Shown here piece by piece: positions 11,880 through 24,239 of a stretch of 64,000 nucleotides of DNA (position 1 is the stretch's first letter; each line of letters opens with the position of its first letter). The notes under the pieces were generated by a model. That model did not search any database and had not been told where the DNA came from. It saw only the letters and a list, made by a program, of their open reading frames with translations. The stretch is from Basidiobolus meristosporus CBS 931.73. Its lineage: Eukaryota > Fungi > Basidiobolomycota. The stretch lies in assembly GCA_002104905.1 (NCBI GenBank), contig MCFE01000097.1, positions 1-64,000 of the forward strand. The letters run 5' to 3'. The position numbers and the translations under genes were made by a program.

Positions 11880-13306
11880 TATTGTAAATATTCAGAATTT
11901 CACCTAACATAGCCACTTAAATCGTTACCTTCAAATCCTAGAGAATACTGACCAAATTCCTTGTTGGGATTTACTTGATATATTTTCTCCAAAATATCAG
12001 GTACTCAGACCATGATAATTCTTAGAGTTGTCCAAACAGCCCTAAACTTTGCATACATGTACTTGGTTTTGTGAAAATTTGCAATTCCACCTGATTATTC
12101 TCCTAACTTAGTCACTTAGATCTTTACCTTCAAATCCTAGAGTTTACTGACCAAGTGCCATGCTGATATTGACTCAAAATATTTTCATCAAAACTCCAGG
12201 TACCCAGGATATGAAAATACTCAAAGTTGTTCAAGCAGCCCCATACTTTGCACACATGTTGTTGGGAACTTCTTTAACCTATACTACATGTTTTCTATGC
12301 CAAGACCATGTAAAAGTATAAATACTACTGTTACATTCAATTAATCATTAGACTTGTTCCGTTGGATAGTGCCACATTGAGCCATGAGTGCCAAATGATG
12401 CCATAGTGTGCCAGAGAGGTCAAGTGAGCTTACACTTGGCCACAGAGTGTGAAACATAGCTCTGCATCTTCATGTAAAGCAGCCCCTGTGTTTCACCCAT
12501 TGTGCAGGAGAAAATCCTTTTTTTGACCTTTTTTTGTGGATCAATGTAGCTCAGGATGTGTAAGAGCACAGGAGAACTGAAGACATGCATCTGGTACTCA
12601 ATACCCATGGCACTCTGAATCTAGCTCTTGTAGCTTGTATCATGTCACAAAAATGAATGGCACTATCTTGGTCCACTGGTACTATCTGGCACTATATTTA
12701 AATATTTGCTCTAAAGTAAGATCTATACAAAGCACTTATAGTGCCAGATACTACCAGTGGACCAAGATAGTGCCATTCATTTTTGTGACATGATACAAGC
12801 TACAGGAGCTAGATTCCGAGTGCCATGGGTATTGAGTACCAGATGCATATTTTCAATCTGCTTGTGCTCTAACTTATCCTGCACAACTTTGATCCAAAAA
12901 AAAGGTCAAAAATGGATTTTCTCCAACACAATGGGTGAAACACAGGGGCTGCTTTGCATGAAGATGCAGAGCTATGTTTCACACCCTGTGGCCAGGTAGA
13001 GGCTCAATTGGCCTCTCTGGCACAATATGGCATCATTTGGCACTCATGGCTCAATGTGGCACTATCCAATGGAACAAGTCTATTAAGTGAAAACCACATA
13101 ATCTACTTGTCCTCCCACCCACTTCCAATATCTCCAAGACTCCTACAATACTTGGGACCTTCCAAAACCTATTTTATATGCTTGTTATGCCAAGACCATG
13201 TAAAAGTATAAATACCACTTTTACACTTGTTCAATCATTAAATGAAAACCGCATAATCTACTTGTTCTCCCAATTACTTACAAATATCTCCAGGACTCTT
13301 ACAACA
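11880..13306 (+). repeat. Cluster of family-B LTRs (partial 11880-12065; 12070-13150 split by a MITE; partial 13151-13306)
   Basis: Match to the LTR-B consensus seen at 27624, 30560 and 36955 (CACCTAACTTAGTCACTT, AAAGTTGTCCAAACAGCCCC, AAAAGTATAAATA, CCAAGACTCTTACAACA). Confidence 0.85.
12350..13081. mobile_element. 732-bp fold-back MITE of the PHIS family
   Basis: ~345-bp inverted arms (12350-12696 and 12738-13081) around a ~41-bp loop. Termini AGACTTG...CAAGTCT, TSD ATT/ATT. Removing it restores the LTR-B consensus AATCATTAAGTG. Confidence 0.95.
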
Positions 13307-13309
13307 AAA

Positions 13310-13950
13310 GTAATGTTATACTCTTGCATGGCCTAGGCAAAGCTGACACATACATATATTGCACAGATTTATTGTGCAGACTGGCACATGCAATGCTAAA
13401 CCTTGCAGTGCTGGCTGAAGACCAGGGTACATGAGAGTTAGTGAGTGAGGAGTGGCATAGAGCCACAGGGCTCCCATAAGAGTCATGAAAGATGAGCATT
13501 GCAGCAGAAATACCTATTGAATGGTGCACCCAATGGAATCACTTGTTGAGTGTGGGGTTGGGCTCAATGTTAGCAATGTGTATAGGGACATGTATAGGTT
13601 AAAACAACTAGCAATTGAGGTACAACTGAAGTTTTGATGGGAATAAATCAATGTGTATGCATGGAAAGTAAGAGAAATGGTTGAGTCAGGAAGTAAGGAG
13701 TGTGAAAAAGAAGCATTAGCCAATCAATGTACACAAACATAAGATGTGATTAAGTGTCTGGGATCAGAAAGTGAGAGAACAGGCAGAGGACCAATCAAAA
13801 GCCATTGTTGTATTGTTGTGATGAAAAATTTTGACCAAGTTTTTTGTGAGATCAGAGGTTCAATGATTTTTACACAATCATGGCATAGTGTTGTGATGAT
13901 ATCAGTACCTCTTAGTCAAGGGACCTTTATCTTACAACAGCCTTTTGCCA
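13310..13950 (+). pseudogene. Orphan repeated gene X, C-terminal fragment
   Basis: Inverted homolog of ~22300-22900 (shared peptides LVECGVGLNV, QLAIEVQLKF, GRGPIKSH). Confidence 0.7.
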
Positions 13951-14268
13951 GGATTTCTATAATACTTCCCATACAGAAAATCAATTGGATGCAGACTGGT
14001 CTGCAAGACAAAATACAAGGCTGATAGTACAACTCAAATATACAAAGCAAGACTTGTAGCCAAAGGATACACTCAAATAAAAGGACTTGACTATATTAGG
14101 TCCTTTACACTGGTAGCCAAGTTTTATTCCATCAAATCAATGCTAGACTTGCTCCATTGGATAGTGCCACATAGTAACAGCCAGTTTATAGTGCCAAATC
14201 AATCAGGCACTCTAGTTTCTACCACCTTGACAGTGGTAGGATATAGTTACTGGTAATTTTATTTAATC

Positions 14269-15200
14269 TTACTTATGTTGCACAGAATAGTGCTTTCCTT
14301 GCATTATTAACTCTTCATAATTCTCCAGGCACATTTCTCTTAGTGGAAGTCATCTTGCATGAATATACTGTGCATTGATAAGTATGTTAACTATTTTACC
14401 TCTTTTACTGTTTTCTCCTATATATGACTTTCCACTGTATTTACCTGTCAATGTGCTTTATCTCCTCAGATATCCAAATGCATGCTTTACTCTAACACTG
14501 AAATGATTAAATATCCCATTTTAGAGCTTCTGCTTCATGCTAAGCACACCATTCCTTGGCTTCCTATAAGCTGTAATACATCCCAATCTCGGACAATCCT
14601 CTCCTATATAAGCTAAGTCTGCCATACATTTATCCCCTCTACTGAATTCTGGATGATTCTCTGGGAGTGCATAGGGTATTATAATGCCTAATTCCAGCTA
14701 GTTGCCTACTAAACCAGATTATGTTATCCTCAATGGCAGACAGTGCTTGAAACTTTGCACAGTGCACCTTGCATTTGGCAGGATAAAAGTGCCTCTGCCC
14801 TCCAAAAGGTCTGTTAATCCTGACTTGGAAGGTATCCAAAATACTCCTTATATGGAACCTGTTGCTGAACACTCTGGGATATGGAAGTCTATTAGAGCTT
14901 CTGGGACTAGTATTCCAAGCTTACTCTAAGTCTTTCTTACCCTCTGCAAGGTGGTTCTCCATTACTGCCAGCTGGGATTGAAAGCTTCTTGGGCTTTTAT
15001 TACCATGGATGGTGGGATGAGTTCTTGTAGGGCAATAGTTCTTGAAGTATCAGAGAAGCTTAACAAGGGATCTCCTTGAGTAGATTGGGGTAAATGGTCC
15101 ACAGTACTTGGCATAGATCTCCTCTAATGTGTCAGAAGGATATCTACTGGTAGTGATGGGATTGATGAGAAAAACCATTCAGATGTGTAAGTCATATTAA
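14269..15200 (-). pseudogene. DDE_Tnp_4 (IS5/Harbinger-type) transposase
   Basis: ILDTFQVRINRPFGGQRHFYPAKCKVHCAKFQ...LAGIRH, MADLAYIG, ITAYRKPRNGVLS, FNHFSVRVKHAFGYLRR. 5' limit uncertain. Confidence 0.85.
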
Positions 15201-15554
15201 AATTGATAGGTGATTGAGTTGAAGTTATTTGAATCAACTTGGTGCAATCAGCTTTATTTATCCAATTTTCCATGCATTGTGAATAAATCTCCATCAACTG
15301 CCATGTATCCCATCATTATGTTGCAAAAATCATCCTCTAATAATGACTTGGTATTTTTATTGAGGCTTTACTCACAAGTCTATAATCAAATTGGAAATCT
15401 GCAATTGATGCAATCCAATCCAGGTCAATGCAATCCAAGAAGTATCATGCATAACATATGGAAAATTCAACAATTTCATTAGTTTTCATATTTATTTCAA
15501 ATAAGACTAGGTTGATGCCAATACACTACTGTATAATTATCCAAATCTGTCACC

Positions 15555-16330
15555 ATGATCCCCATAACAAGTCTCAACTCATCTTTAGTGCAACCCAGAC
15601 AAAACCCATCCCCCAGCTCACAAGTGTGGTCCAGACCAGAGAAGTCAGTGTTAGATCCATTTGAATTCTTGCCAAGTGATTTTAGTATGGCCCTAGTGTC
15701 TATAATGAGCCTGCTTACAGATATTTGGGCACCACTCAGTAATCTAGCAGAACTAGATACCTCAGAGAGTCAACAGAGATGGAAAAACGCAAGTAGAAAC
15801 TTGTGGCATGAATTCTACATCAAGATGCTAGCGGATGTATATAAGAAAATATATAACAAGACAAGTGTTGAAATCAAGAATGAGCTGAGAGTGAGGGGAT
15901 TTGATGAGGAAGCTGCATGGGAACAATTTTGCATGCAATTTGCTCAGTGTGGGCTAGACACATTTGTTTCTGCCTCAACTTTGGGAACCAAAGAGATTTT
16001 GAATGAGGTTTGCCTTAAATGACTAATGTACTGTGTGAAATATTAGTAGAGCCAAGTGGCTTTCACAAGCAATATATACAGGACTCATCCAGCCAACAGC
16101 TCCAAAGTATCAGACAAAAGGTAAGTAAAAACCTTGAGGAATCTGAAGGTGAGCATCAAGAGGAAGAATATAGACCACAAGCAACATTGTCCAGATTGCG
16201 CCAGCATGCATTGTTGGATTTCTTACCATCCCTTACATCTTCAGCATGCCAGTGTACATCAGTCCAAGCTACACAACACCCTTCACAAGAGCACCCTGCA
16301 TTTGTTATGATCTGCCGCTTAAATGTTTAA
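15555..16330 (+). pseudogene. PHIS ORF2, putative Myb/SANT-like DNA-binding protein (frameshift ~16015)
   Basis: IWAPLSNLAELDTSESQQRWKNASRNLW resembles the W...RWKN helix of MADF/trihelix domains. A second copy lies at ~2990-3750. Harbinger elements typically carry such an ORF. Confidence 0.45.
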
Positions 16331-19300
16331 GTTAGATCAGTTTTTAGTCAAATCAATTAGTACATGCTTAGGCTATCAGTATATCAGTATTATCTATCAA
16401 ATCAGTGGCATTAGTCAGCAAATGAATCAGCAGAACCTTATCAGACAGAAATAGATATATTAAGTAAGATCTTATTGGGTGATAATGATGCAATCAAATG
16501 AGTCATCAGCCACAACCTACATTAGGAAATACAATTAGTCAGCAATTGATCTGGCAAAATGTATATAAGGAGCTGCTGGAATCTCAATAAAAATCAGTTC
16601 AAGTTTTAGTGAATACAATACTAGCTAAATTCCCTATTCCTCTACAACTCTTATACCAAGACTTGTAACACATTGAATCAATGCATATTGGGTCAACATG
16701 TGTACTCCAGAGCAAAACCATCAGAACTTGCCATACTCATTGTTTGGACACAGGTCCATTGGAGCAGGCCAAGTTGCATCAATAAGCAGCATTACATCAC
16801 ACTCAGCCAAGGGCCATGCCTGTGCATCAAATTGTGCCTATGCATGCCATTGCACCTGAACATCAGTAAGTACCTTCTGGTGAACTGACTGATGATGAAC
16901 CACGTGAAGTGCCTCCACCACAATAGCCTTTGGCAAGTAAAAGAACATGTCAGCACATAGCACTGCAGGCCAGTCATGTATAATGATCTGGAGTAATTAA
17001 GTATGGCCAAGCTGCAGCATTGCATTTGTCAACTAGGAGACAAAATACTGACTACAAATGCACAAGTAGCTAAGAAGATAGTCAATGAGTAAGTAGTTTA
17101 GGTGTGCAAAGTGAATCACTGCCAAATGCTTCAGTAGTGATCCCTGTGAGAAGAAAGTCTGGGAGAAGATAATGCACCTGCATTGAATTGCTACTATTTG
17201 TCATGATCCAAACAACACATTTTTTTTACAATCTAAATCAAGCCATTGCAGGTTACCAATCACTAAATTTTAGATTTAAGTAATATCAAGGTTGTCTCAC
17301 ATTTGAGACAGAACCCCTATAAATAAACACCCTGCATATATAAATACATCATCTGTAAACTAGTGCAGCCATTTGATCTGTTTTGCACCTATCCAATTGG
17401 TTGCATGCTAGCTATGACACCTTGTCCAATTGCTAGGATCAGCTATTTACTTGCTCAATGGGCAAGATGTGATAATTGATGGCAAATCAGGTGGCTTGTA
17501 TATGTGTCAAAGAGCCAATTGAGGGCTGACAGCTTCAGGATACTTTTGGACCAACTAACCACTGAGATACCATCCAATTGGAGTGATGGTAACCAAGATG
17601 ATAAGTATAAGTGTAGTTTATATTGTGATGTGCATTTATTTACACTTACATTAAAGAAACATACCCAAATACCAGATTTTACCCACCACAATATCAGTAT
17701 CTGGTTGTGCACATGATGCAAACATTACAAGTTTGCATGATCATCTGTGCCAACCTCATTGTGTCAGATTGTGCCATAGTGTGCAAGATTTTCTCACATG
17801 GTTCAAAATTGTCCAAGAGTAATCCTGCCTACTGATAGCTACAATATTGCACTCAATTGCTCTTAGAGACTACAGATTGCACTGCGTGCCCTGGCACAGT
17901 ACAATGGAACAAGTCTATTGCCTATTGTAGCCAAATATAAGTTTCTTGTACATCAAATGGATGTAAAAGCCGTGTTCTTGAATGGAGGACCTGATGAGGA
18001 CATATACATGAACCCACATGATGGGTTAGTTGTCTGAGATAACCCCCATCTGATTGGCAAGCCTAAAAATCTCTTTACGGTTTCAAACAATCACCATGAG
18101 CCTGGGATTACAAGATAGATTCTTATTTGATATAATCAAGTTCTCAAAGGAGTACTGCCCACTAAAGTGTTTACTATAAGTCAAGTAGAGCAGATTCAAT
18201 TCTAATAGATCTGTAAAAGGATGATCTTAGTCCAGCCACCAATAACCTAGAAATATTTGAAGAGACTAAATCCAGTCTATCTAAAGATTCAAGATGTCCA
18301 ATCTAGGAGAACTTAGTTACTAATTAGGGATAAATTTCTCCATAGACAGAGGTACCCACACTATCACCCTAAGCCAATCTAAGTATATTCAACATATATT
18401 AAAGAAGTACAAAATGGAAGATTGTAAACCAGCAGCTACCCCAATGGAGGCAAACCTTAACTTGGTCAAAACCTCACCAAATCAAGAGAGCTTGGTTCTA
18501 TCTGAAAGCCCTGACTTTCCTTATCAATCTATGGTCAGCAGTCTAGTGTATAGCATGCTTGGAACATGTCCAGATATCAGATATTCAGAGGGAGCTGACA
18601 GCCAGTATAATCAGAACTATAGATCTGATTGTATTGCAGCAGTTAAGCAGATTTTTAGATTCCTAAAAGGAGCTGCTGATATCTGCTTAAGATACACTTA
18701 TAAGATCTCAGAATAGGATCTTAAGGGATACTCTGCTGCTGATTGGGGAAAAGATTTGGGCAGCAGAAGATCCACCACAGGATGCACCATTCTTTACTAT
18801 AAAGGAGCAATATCATGGAATTCAAGAAAGCAACCACCTATGGCACTTTCTATCACAGAGGCAGAGTATATGGCAGCCTGTGAAGCTACAAACAATGCAA
18901 TGTGGTTTAGGAAGCTTTTTAAAGATTCAGGCCTACGTCAAAAAAGGCCTATTACTTTATTACAACTAAAGATGTACCCATTTAGATAGAAATCCAACTT
19001 TTCTTGCTAGACCTAAGCACATAGATATTAGACATCATTTCATACATGAACCTATAGAGGATAACTTAGCTAACTTGGCTTGCTGTCTTATAGATGAAAT
19101 AGTTGCAGATATATTTACCAAACCATTAGCTAGAGACAAGATTGAATATCATAGGTGTAAGTAAGGACTTGTCAATACAAACATTTAGCTTAGTGGGAGT
19201 ATTGTAAAAACTTGTAATTCTACCTAAATATTCACCTAGCTTAGTTGCTAAGATCATTATCTTGAAATCCTAAAGAATATTAACCAAAATTCTTGTTGAG

Positions 19301-19549
19301 ATAAACTTAAAATATTTTGACAAAAAAATATGGTACCCATAACTTGAAAATTCTCAAAGTTGTCCAAATTGCCCCAAACTTTGCATACATGTTCTTGGGA
19401 CCTTCCTTAACCTATTCTATGTGTTGTAATGCCAAGACTATATAAAAGTATAAATACTACTTTACATTCAATATATTACTAGGTGAAACCACATAATCTA
19501 CTTGTTCTCCCAATCACTGCCAATATCTCCAAGACTCTGACAACACACA

Positions 19550-19757
19550 GAACATGAAAGTTCTTGAAGTTGTCCAAACAGCCCCAAAATTTGCACCCAT
19601 GTTCTGGGACATTCCTAAGCCTATTCTATATGCTTATCATGCCAAGATCATGCAAAAGTATAAATACCACTTTTACATTCAATAAATCAGTTAGTGAAAG
19701 CCATAAAAACTAGTTGTCCATCCAATTACTTACAATGTCTCCATGACTCTTACAACA
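19550..19757 (+). repeat. Partial LTR-B in tandem with the 19200 LTR
   Basis: 3' half of the LTR-B consensus ending CTCTTACAACA. Confidence 0.8.
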
Positions 19758-19901
19758 CTATTGTCATTCACTGGTTTTATCCTGGGCTATATTTAAACAT
19801 TAGCCCTGGAATAAAAACAACACCAAACACTTATAGAATATATATATATATGTGTGTGTGTTGGTTTTGCCTAGGCCATGTAAGAGTATAAATAATACTT
19901 T

Positions 19902-21043
19902 TGTTAAAAGAGCTTTGGAGATGCTGGAAGTGATTGGAAGAATAAGTATTTTATGCAGTTTCACCTAATGATTTATTGAATGTAAAGTAGTATTTATACT
20001 TTTACATGGTCTTGGCATACCAATCATGTAGAATAAGCTTAGGAAGGTCCCAAGAGCATGTGTGCCAAGCTTGGGGCTGTTTGGATAGCTTTGAAAATTT
20101 TGATGTTCTGAGTACCTGATATTATGGTTAAAATATTCTAAGTATATCCCAACAAGAATTTTGGTTAGTATTCTATAGGATTTGGAGGTAATGATCCAGG
20201 TGACTCAGTTAGGTGAATATCTATATGCTCAGTTTTAGCATGAAAAGTTGGATTTCTACCAAATTGTAATTATCCTTGATTATCTTGAAATAAAGTAATA
20301 TGCATTTTCTGACATAGACCTAAATCTGTAAGAAGCTTCCTTAACCATATTGCTTCTTTTGTAGCTTCATAGGTTACCGTATACTCTGCCTCTGCAGTGG
20401 AAAATGTTACAGTTGGGTGCTTTCTTGATTCCATGAAAATGCTCCTTGACAGCAAAGAAAGGTGTATCCTGTGGTGGATTGTTTGTCTTCCAAATTTTGT
20501 CCCCAATCAGCATCAGAGAATCCCACAAGATCCTGTTGTGACTCCTAATAGGTGTACCTTAAGCACTTATCAGCAGTTCCTTTTGTTGTAATTATAAAGT
20601 TGTCACCTAAATATATGTGCTAAACTAGTCATATAAATCCTATTTTTTTAATTAGCATTCTGTCCTGACCAAATTTCTTGTTGGGATTTACGTAGAATAT
20701 TTTCACCAAATTATCAGGTACCCAGCTTGTGATCTTTCTCAAAGTTGTCCAAAAGCCCCCAAACTTTGCACACATACTCTTGAGACGTTCCTTAACAAAC
20801 TCTACATGTTTGTTTACTTTACTTGATCAAAAGTATAAAAACCATACATTTGATCAATAAATCCACAAGTGAATAACCTGAAATATTCTAGTTCTCCACA
20901 TCAATTCCAACACTCCTCAGAGTATTGCAACACCATTTAGGTGTCTAAAAATCCACTTAACTGCTGCAATATGATTAGATTCCTAGTTCTGATTATATTG
21001 GCTGACAACTCCCACTGAATATAAGATATCTGGATGTATTCTA
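19902..21043 (-). mobile_element. Minus-strand copia-B remnant (LTR part 19902-20222, RNase H 20230-20583, RT end 20933-21043); left half of the host completed at 37305+
   Basis: FSTAEAEY...KEAIWLRKLLTDLG...FQDNQG on the minus strand; LTR-B reverse complement. Confidence 0.85.
20584..20932 (+). repeat. Solo LTR-B inserted at the RT/RNase H junction of a copia-B copy
   Basis: TG...CA; flanks CCTTT/CCATT; host sequence CAGCAGTTCCTTTTAGGTATC is restored on removal. Confidence 0.75.
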
Positions 21044-22299
21044 TGTTGTAAAACTTGGAATTCCACCTAAATATTCACCTGACTTAGTCACTTATATCAT
21101 GACCTTGAAATTGTAGAGGATACTGACCAAATTCCTTGTTGGAATTTACTTAGAATATTCTCACCAAAATGCCAGGTACCCAGAACATGAATATTTGCAA
21201 AGTTGTCCAAACAGCCCCAAACTTTACACACATGCTCTTGGGGCCTTCCTTAACCTATTCTTTGTTTTGTATGCCAAGACCATGTAAAAGTATAAATATT
21301 ACTATCACATTCAATAAATCATTAGGCAAGAACTGCGTAATCAGCTTGTCCTCCTAGTCACTTCCTATATCTCCAAGACTCTTACAACAACATAGTCACT
21401 TTAATCATCCCCTTCAAGTCCTATGGAGTACTGACCAAATCCCTTGTAGGGATTTATTTAGAATATTTTCACCAGAATATCAGGTACTCAGAGCATGAAA
21501 ATTCTCAAAGTTGTTCAAACAGCCCCAAACTTTGCACACATGTTCTTAGGAACTTCCTTAACTTATGCTACATGTTTGTAATGCCAAGATCATGTAATAA
21601 TATAAATAGTACTTTTGCATTTGATTAATCATTAAGTGAAAACAACATAATCCACTTATCATCCCAAATCACTTCCAATATCTCCAAGACTCTTACAACA
21701 GGCTATGAGCCCCAAGCTGGCACTCTCTGCAATGTCTACCACTGCTATTATTGGAACTTCCTAAAAACATGGGAGTCTTAAAGTACCAGAAGAACTAACA
21801 GAGTGCCTATAACTGCATTTTCCTTAATGTTAAAGACAAATTGCTGATTCAATGCTCAAGATCAAAAATGGCAAGCAATGCCTGGAAGCCATTAGAAGAC
21901 ACCTGCCAGTCATGTTCAGCTGCTAAGAAAATGAATCTAAGATAAATATTCTTTACTACAAAGATACTGCCAGGAGAAAAAATGAAAAATCTAATTAATA
22001 GAAATACCATGCTGATGGATGAGATAGAATCTATGGGTGTACCAACTTCTGATGAAGATGTGAAAGTTATCATCCTGAAAGCCCTGACAGATAAGGTTCA
22101 GGGCCTTGTATCAGCCCTAGAGTCCAGAACTGAAGGCTTGACCTTAAATTATGTATATGGAAGGCTCCTGGATGAATAATTAAGAAAATCAAGTGCCAAC
22201 AAGAAGAAAAAAATGCTTTAATAAGCATTGATAACTAACAAAGGAGGTACTCAAGACCTTGCAAAGGCAACAGCAACCCCTATGAAAAATTATTGAGAT

Positions 22300-23345
22300 G
22301 ATCCCAACATAAGGCCTTCACAAAGTTAATGTCCTGAGACTAAGAGGTAATGATTTTGTCAGGACACTGTCCAGACCATTGAAAAATAATTGCACCCCAG
22401 ATTTCACAAAAAACTTTGTCAAATTTTTCATCACAACAATGTATAAGTGGCTTTTGATTGGTCCCCTGCCAATTTGCTCACTTTCCAATCCTGGACACTC
22501 TATTGCCTCCTACATTAGTGTGAGTTGATTGGATATTGCCTCTTTTTCACACTCCTTACTTCCAGACTCAGCCAATTCTCTTACTTTTCATGCATACAAA
22601 TTGATTTATTTCCATTGAAACTTCAGTTGTACCTCAATTGCCAATTGTATTGACCTATACAAGTCTCTATACCCTACACTAACATTAAGCCCAACCCCAC
22701 ACTCAACAAGTAACTCCATTAAAATCCACCACTCAATAAGTATTTCTGCTGTAATGCTCTGGTTCCACAACTTTGGCAGGAAGCCAACGGCTTAATGCCA
22801 CTGTTCATTCACTGGTTCCCACATGTCCTGGTCTTCAGCTGGCACTGCAAGGTCTAGCTCCTCATCTGCCAGTCTTTGCAATAAATCCTTGCAATAATCC
22901 AGTATATTTTCTTGAGCACTGCTCTTGAAGAAGTGCTGCAACCTCTTGGTGTGCCTATTAATGTTCCAAAACTGCACTGAAGGCATTGTGATAGTCTTTT
23001 GAGCTCTTGACAATGTAACCTTGTCTGTGAGTGGGATCTCCACACTGTCAACAATGGAGGCTGTGGTAGATAAATTGCCTTTTTCAGCAAACTCATCTAC
23101 CTTGCTGGAGTATAGCTCAACTAGCTGCACCTCCAACTCTTGTGAAAACAGCTGTTTTCTAGTTGGTAATTCTTCTTGGCTATGATGGGATTCAGTCTGT
23201 TCCTGGCTTGCAGCAGTAATTGGCAAGAACTGCATTTTTTTTTGCATGCTTCCCTGTCTCAGACTTGGGTAGACATTTTTCCCTTTACCTTTTCCTTTAT
23301 CATTGCCAGGTCTTTCACTGCTACTTTGTCTGAGTGCTTCTGTTG
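22300..23345 (-). pseudogene. Orphan repeated gene X, C-terminal part
   Basis: ORF 22792-23247 plus downstream frames. Homologous to 13310-13950; segment 23295-23345 is homologous to 24745-24800. Confidence 0.65.
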
Positions 23346-23687
23346 TGTTGTATTATGATTAGTTTGGGGCTTGTTCTACAATGTGAGGCTAATCAACAAT
23401 ATACAACAACTTCCAGTATGCTAATACTGAAATAGCTTATTGGGAGTTTGATATACCAATAGAAGATATAACTTTCACTAATTTCCTCAATCTTAGGCTC
23501 AAAATATACTGTAGGCAGTGTTGATCACTTCTACAGCAGTGTTCTGGCCTTCTGTCAAATAATGGGCTTATATACTTTTTAGTAACTTTTACTTATGTGG
23601 AAGTCACTTTCCTTTCTGAGAAAATATTTCCTAGTATGGAAGTTCTGAACTCCCCTTTAACCTAAAGGAGTGTGTGGTAGAAGTCAC

Positions 23688-23903
23688 TAAAGGGGTCTTT
23701 AGACCTAAAGGGGTGTCTACAGGGGTGTCTTTAGAGTAAAGGGGCTTCTTGTAATGGTCTCTAAAGTGGACTTTACACTAAAGGGGTGCCTAAAGGGGCA
23801 TTGTTAGAGTAAAGGAGTTTCTTAAAGGGGTCTCTAAAGGAGTCTTTAGACTAAAGGGGTGTCTAAAGGGGTGTCTTTAGAGTAAAGGGGTTTCTTAGAG
23901 AGG
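23688..23903. repeat. Minisatellite: 3 x ~73-bp units built from TAAAGGGG sub-repeats
   Basis: Units start at 23688, 23762 and 23835. Confidence 0.85.
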
Positions 23904-24239
23904 ACTTTTCCAACAGAAAAGTGGTAGTTTCTTGTAGAAATTAGATTGGATTCTTGTGAGCCTTGCAGTCTCTTTACTGATGTAGTACCAGTCAAAGTCA
24001 GAATTCTCAACAGTGCAAGTGATGCAGGGGAAGTCTTATAACCTTTAAACTTGTAATTTTAGTGTGTAGATTCTGGAAAGAAAGGCCCTCTGTTTATTTT
24101 TCAGCTGGGGAAGTCATATATATGAAAATTCTGAAGGATCAAAGTTTTTGGGCAATTGCGCAAGCAATACACATGGTACAAAGCTAAAATTTTGCAGTGG
24201 CACAGATTGGACATAGGCGCAGCACCTGTGAAAATTGTA

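Larger units (their letters stand above)
14145..17916 (-). mobile_element. Full-length (3772 bp) degenerate PHIS/Harbinger-like DNA transposon
   Basis: TIRs AGACTTGCTCCATTG / CAATGGAACAAGTCT, 3-bp flanks GCT/ATT, two head-to-head ORFs. Confidence 0.88.
13965..19545 (+). mobile_element. Copia family-B RT-RNaseH-3'LTR remnant interrupted by the PHIS element
   Basis: RT start 13965-14144 (YKARLVAKG...VAKFYSIKS) resumes at 17917 (IVAKYKFLVHQMDVK). RNase H ~18720-19150, PPT, LTR 19200-19545. Confidence 0.88.

Noticed and set aside
12349-13082. Reading the MITE as Tc1/mariner-type with a TA TSD
   Set aside because: A TA duplication does not restore the host LTR consensus; a 3-bp ATT duplication does, and the related long element encodes a DDE_Tnp_4 enzyme.
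19770-19862. Small imperfect hairpin and (TA)n(TG)n microsatellite
   Set aside because: Short, single-copy, in AT-rich repeat DNA; expected by chance.
23688-23903. CRISPR-like interpretation of periodic repeats
   Set aside because: Units are contiguous with no unique spacers, there are no cas genes, and the context is eukaryotic.
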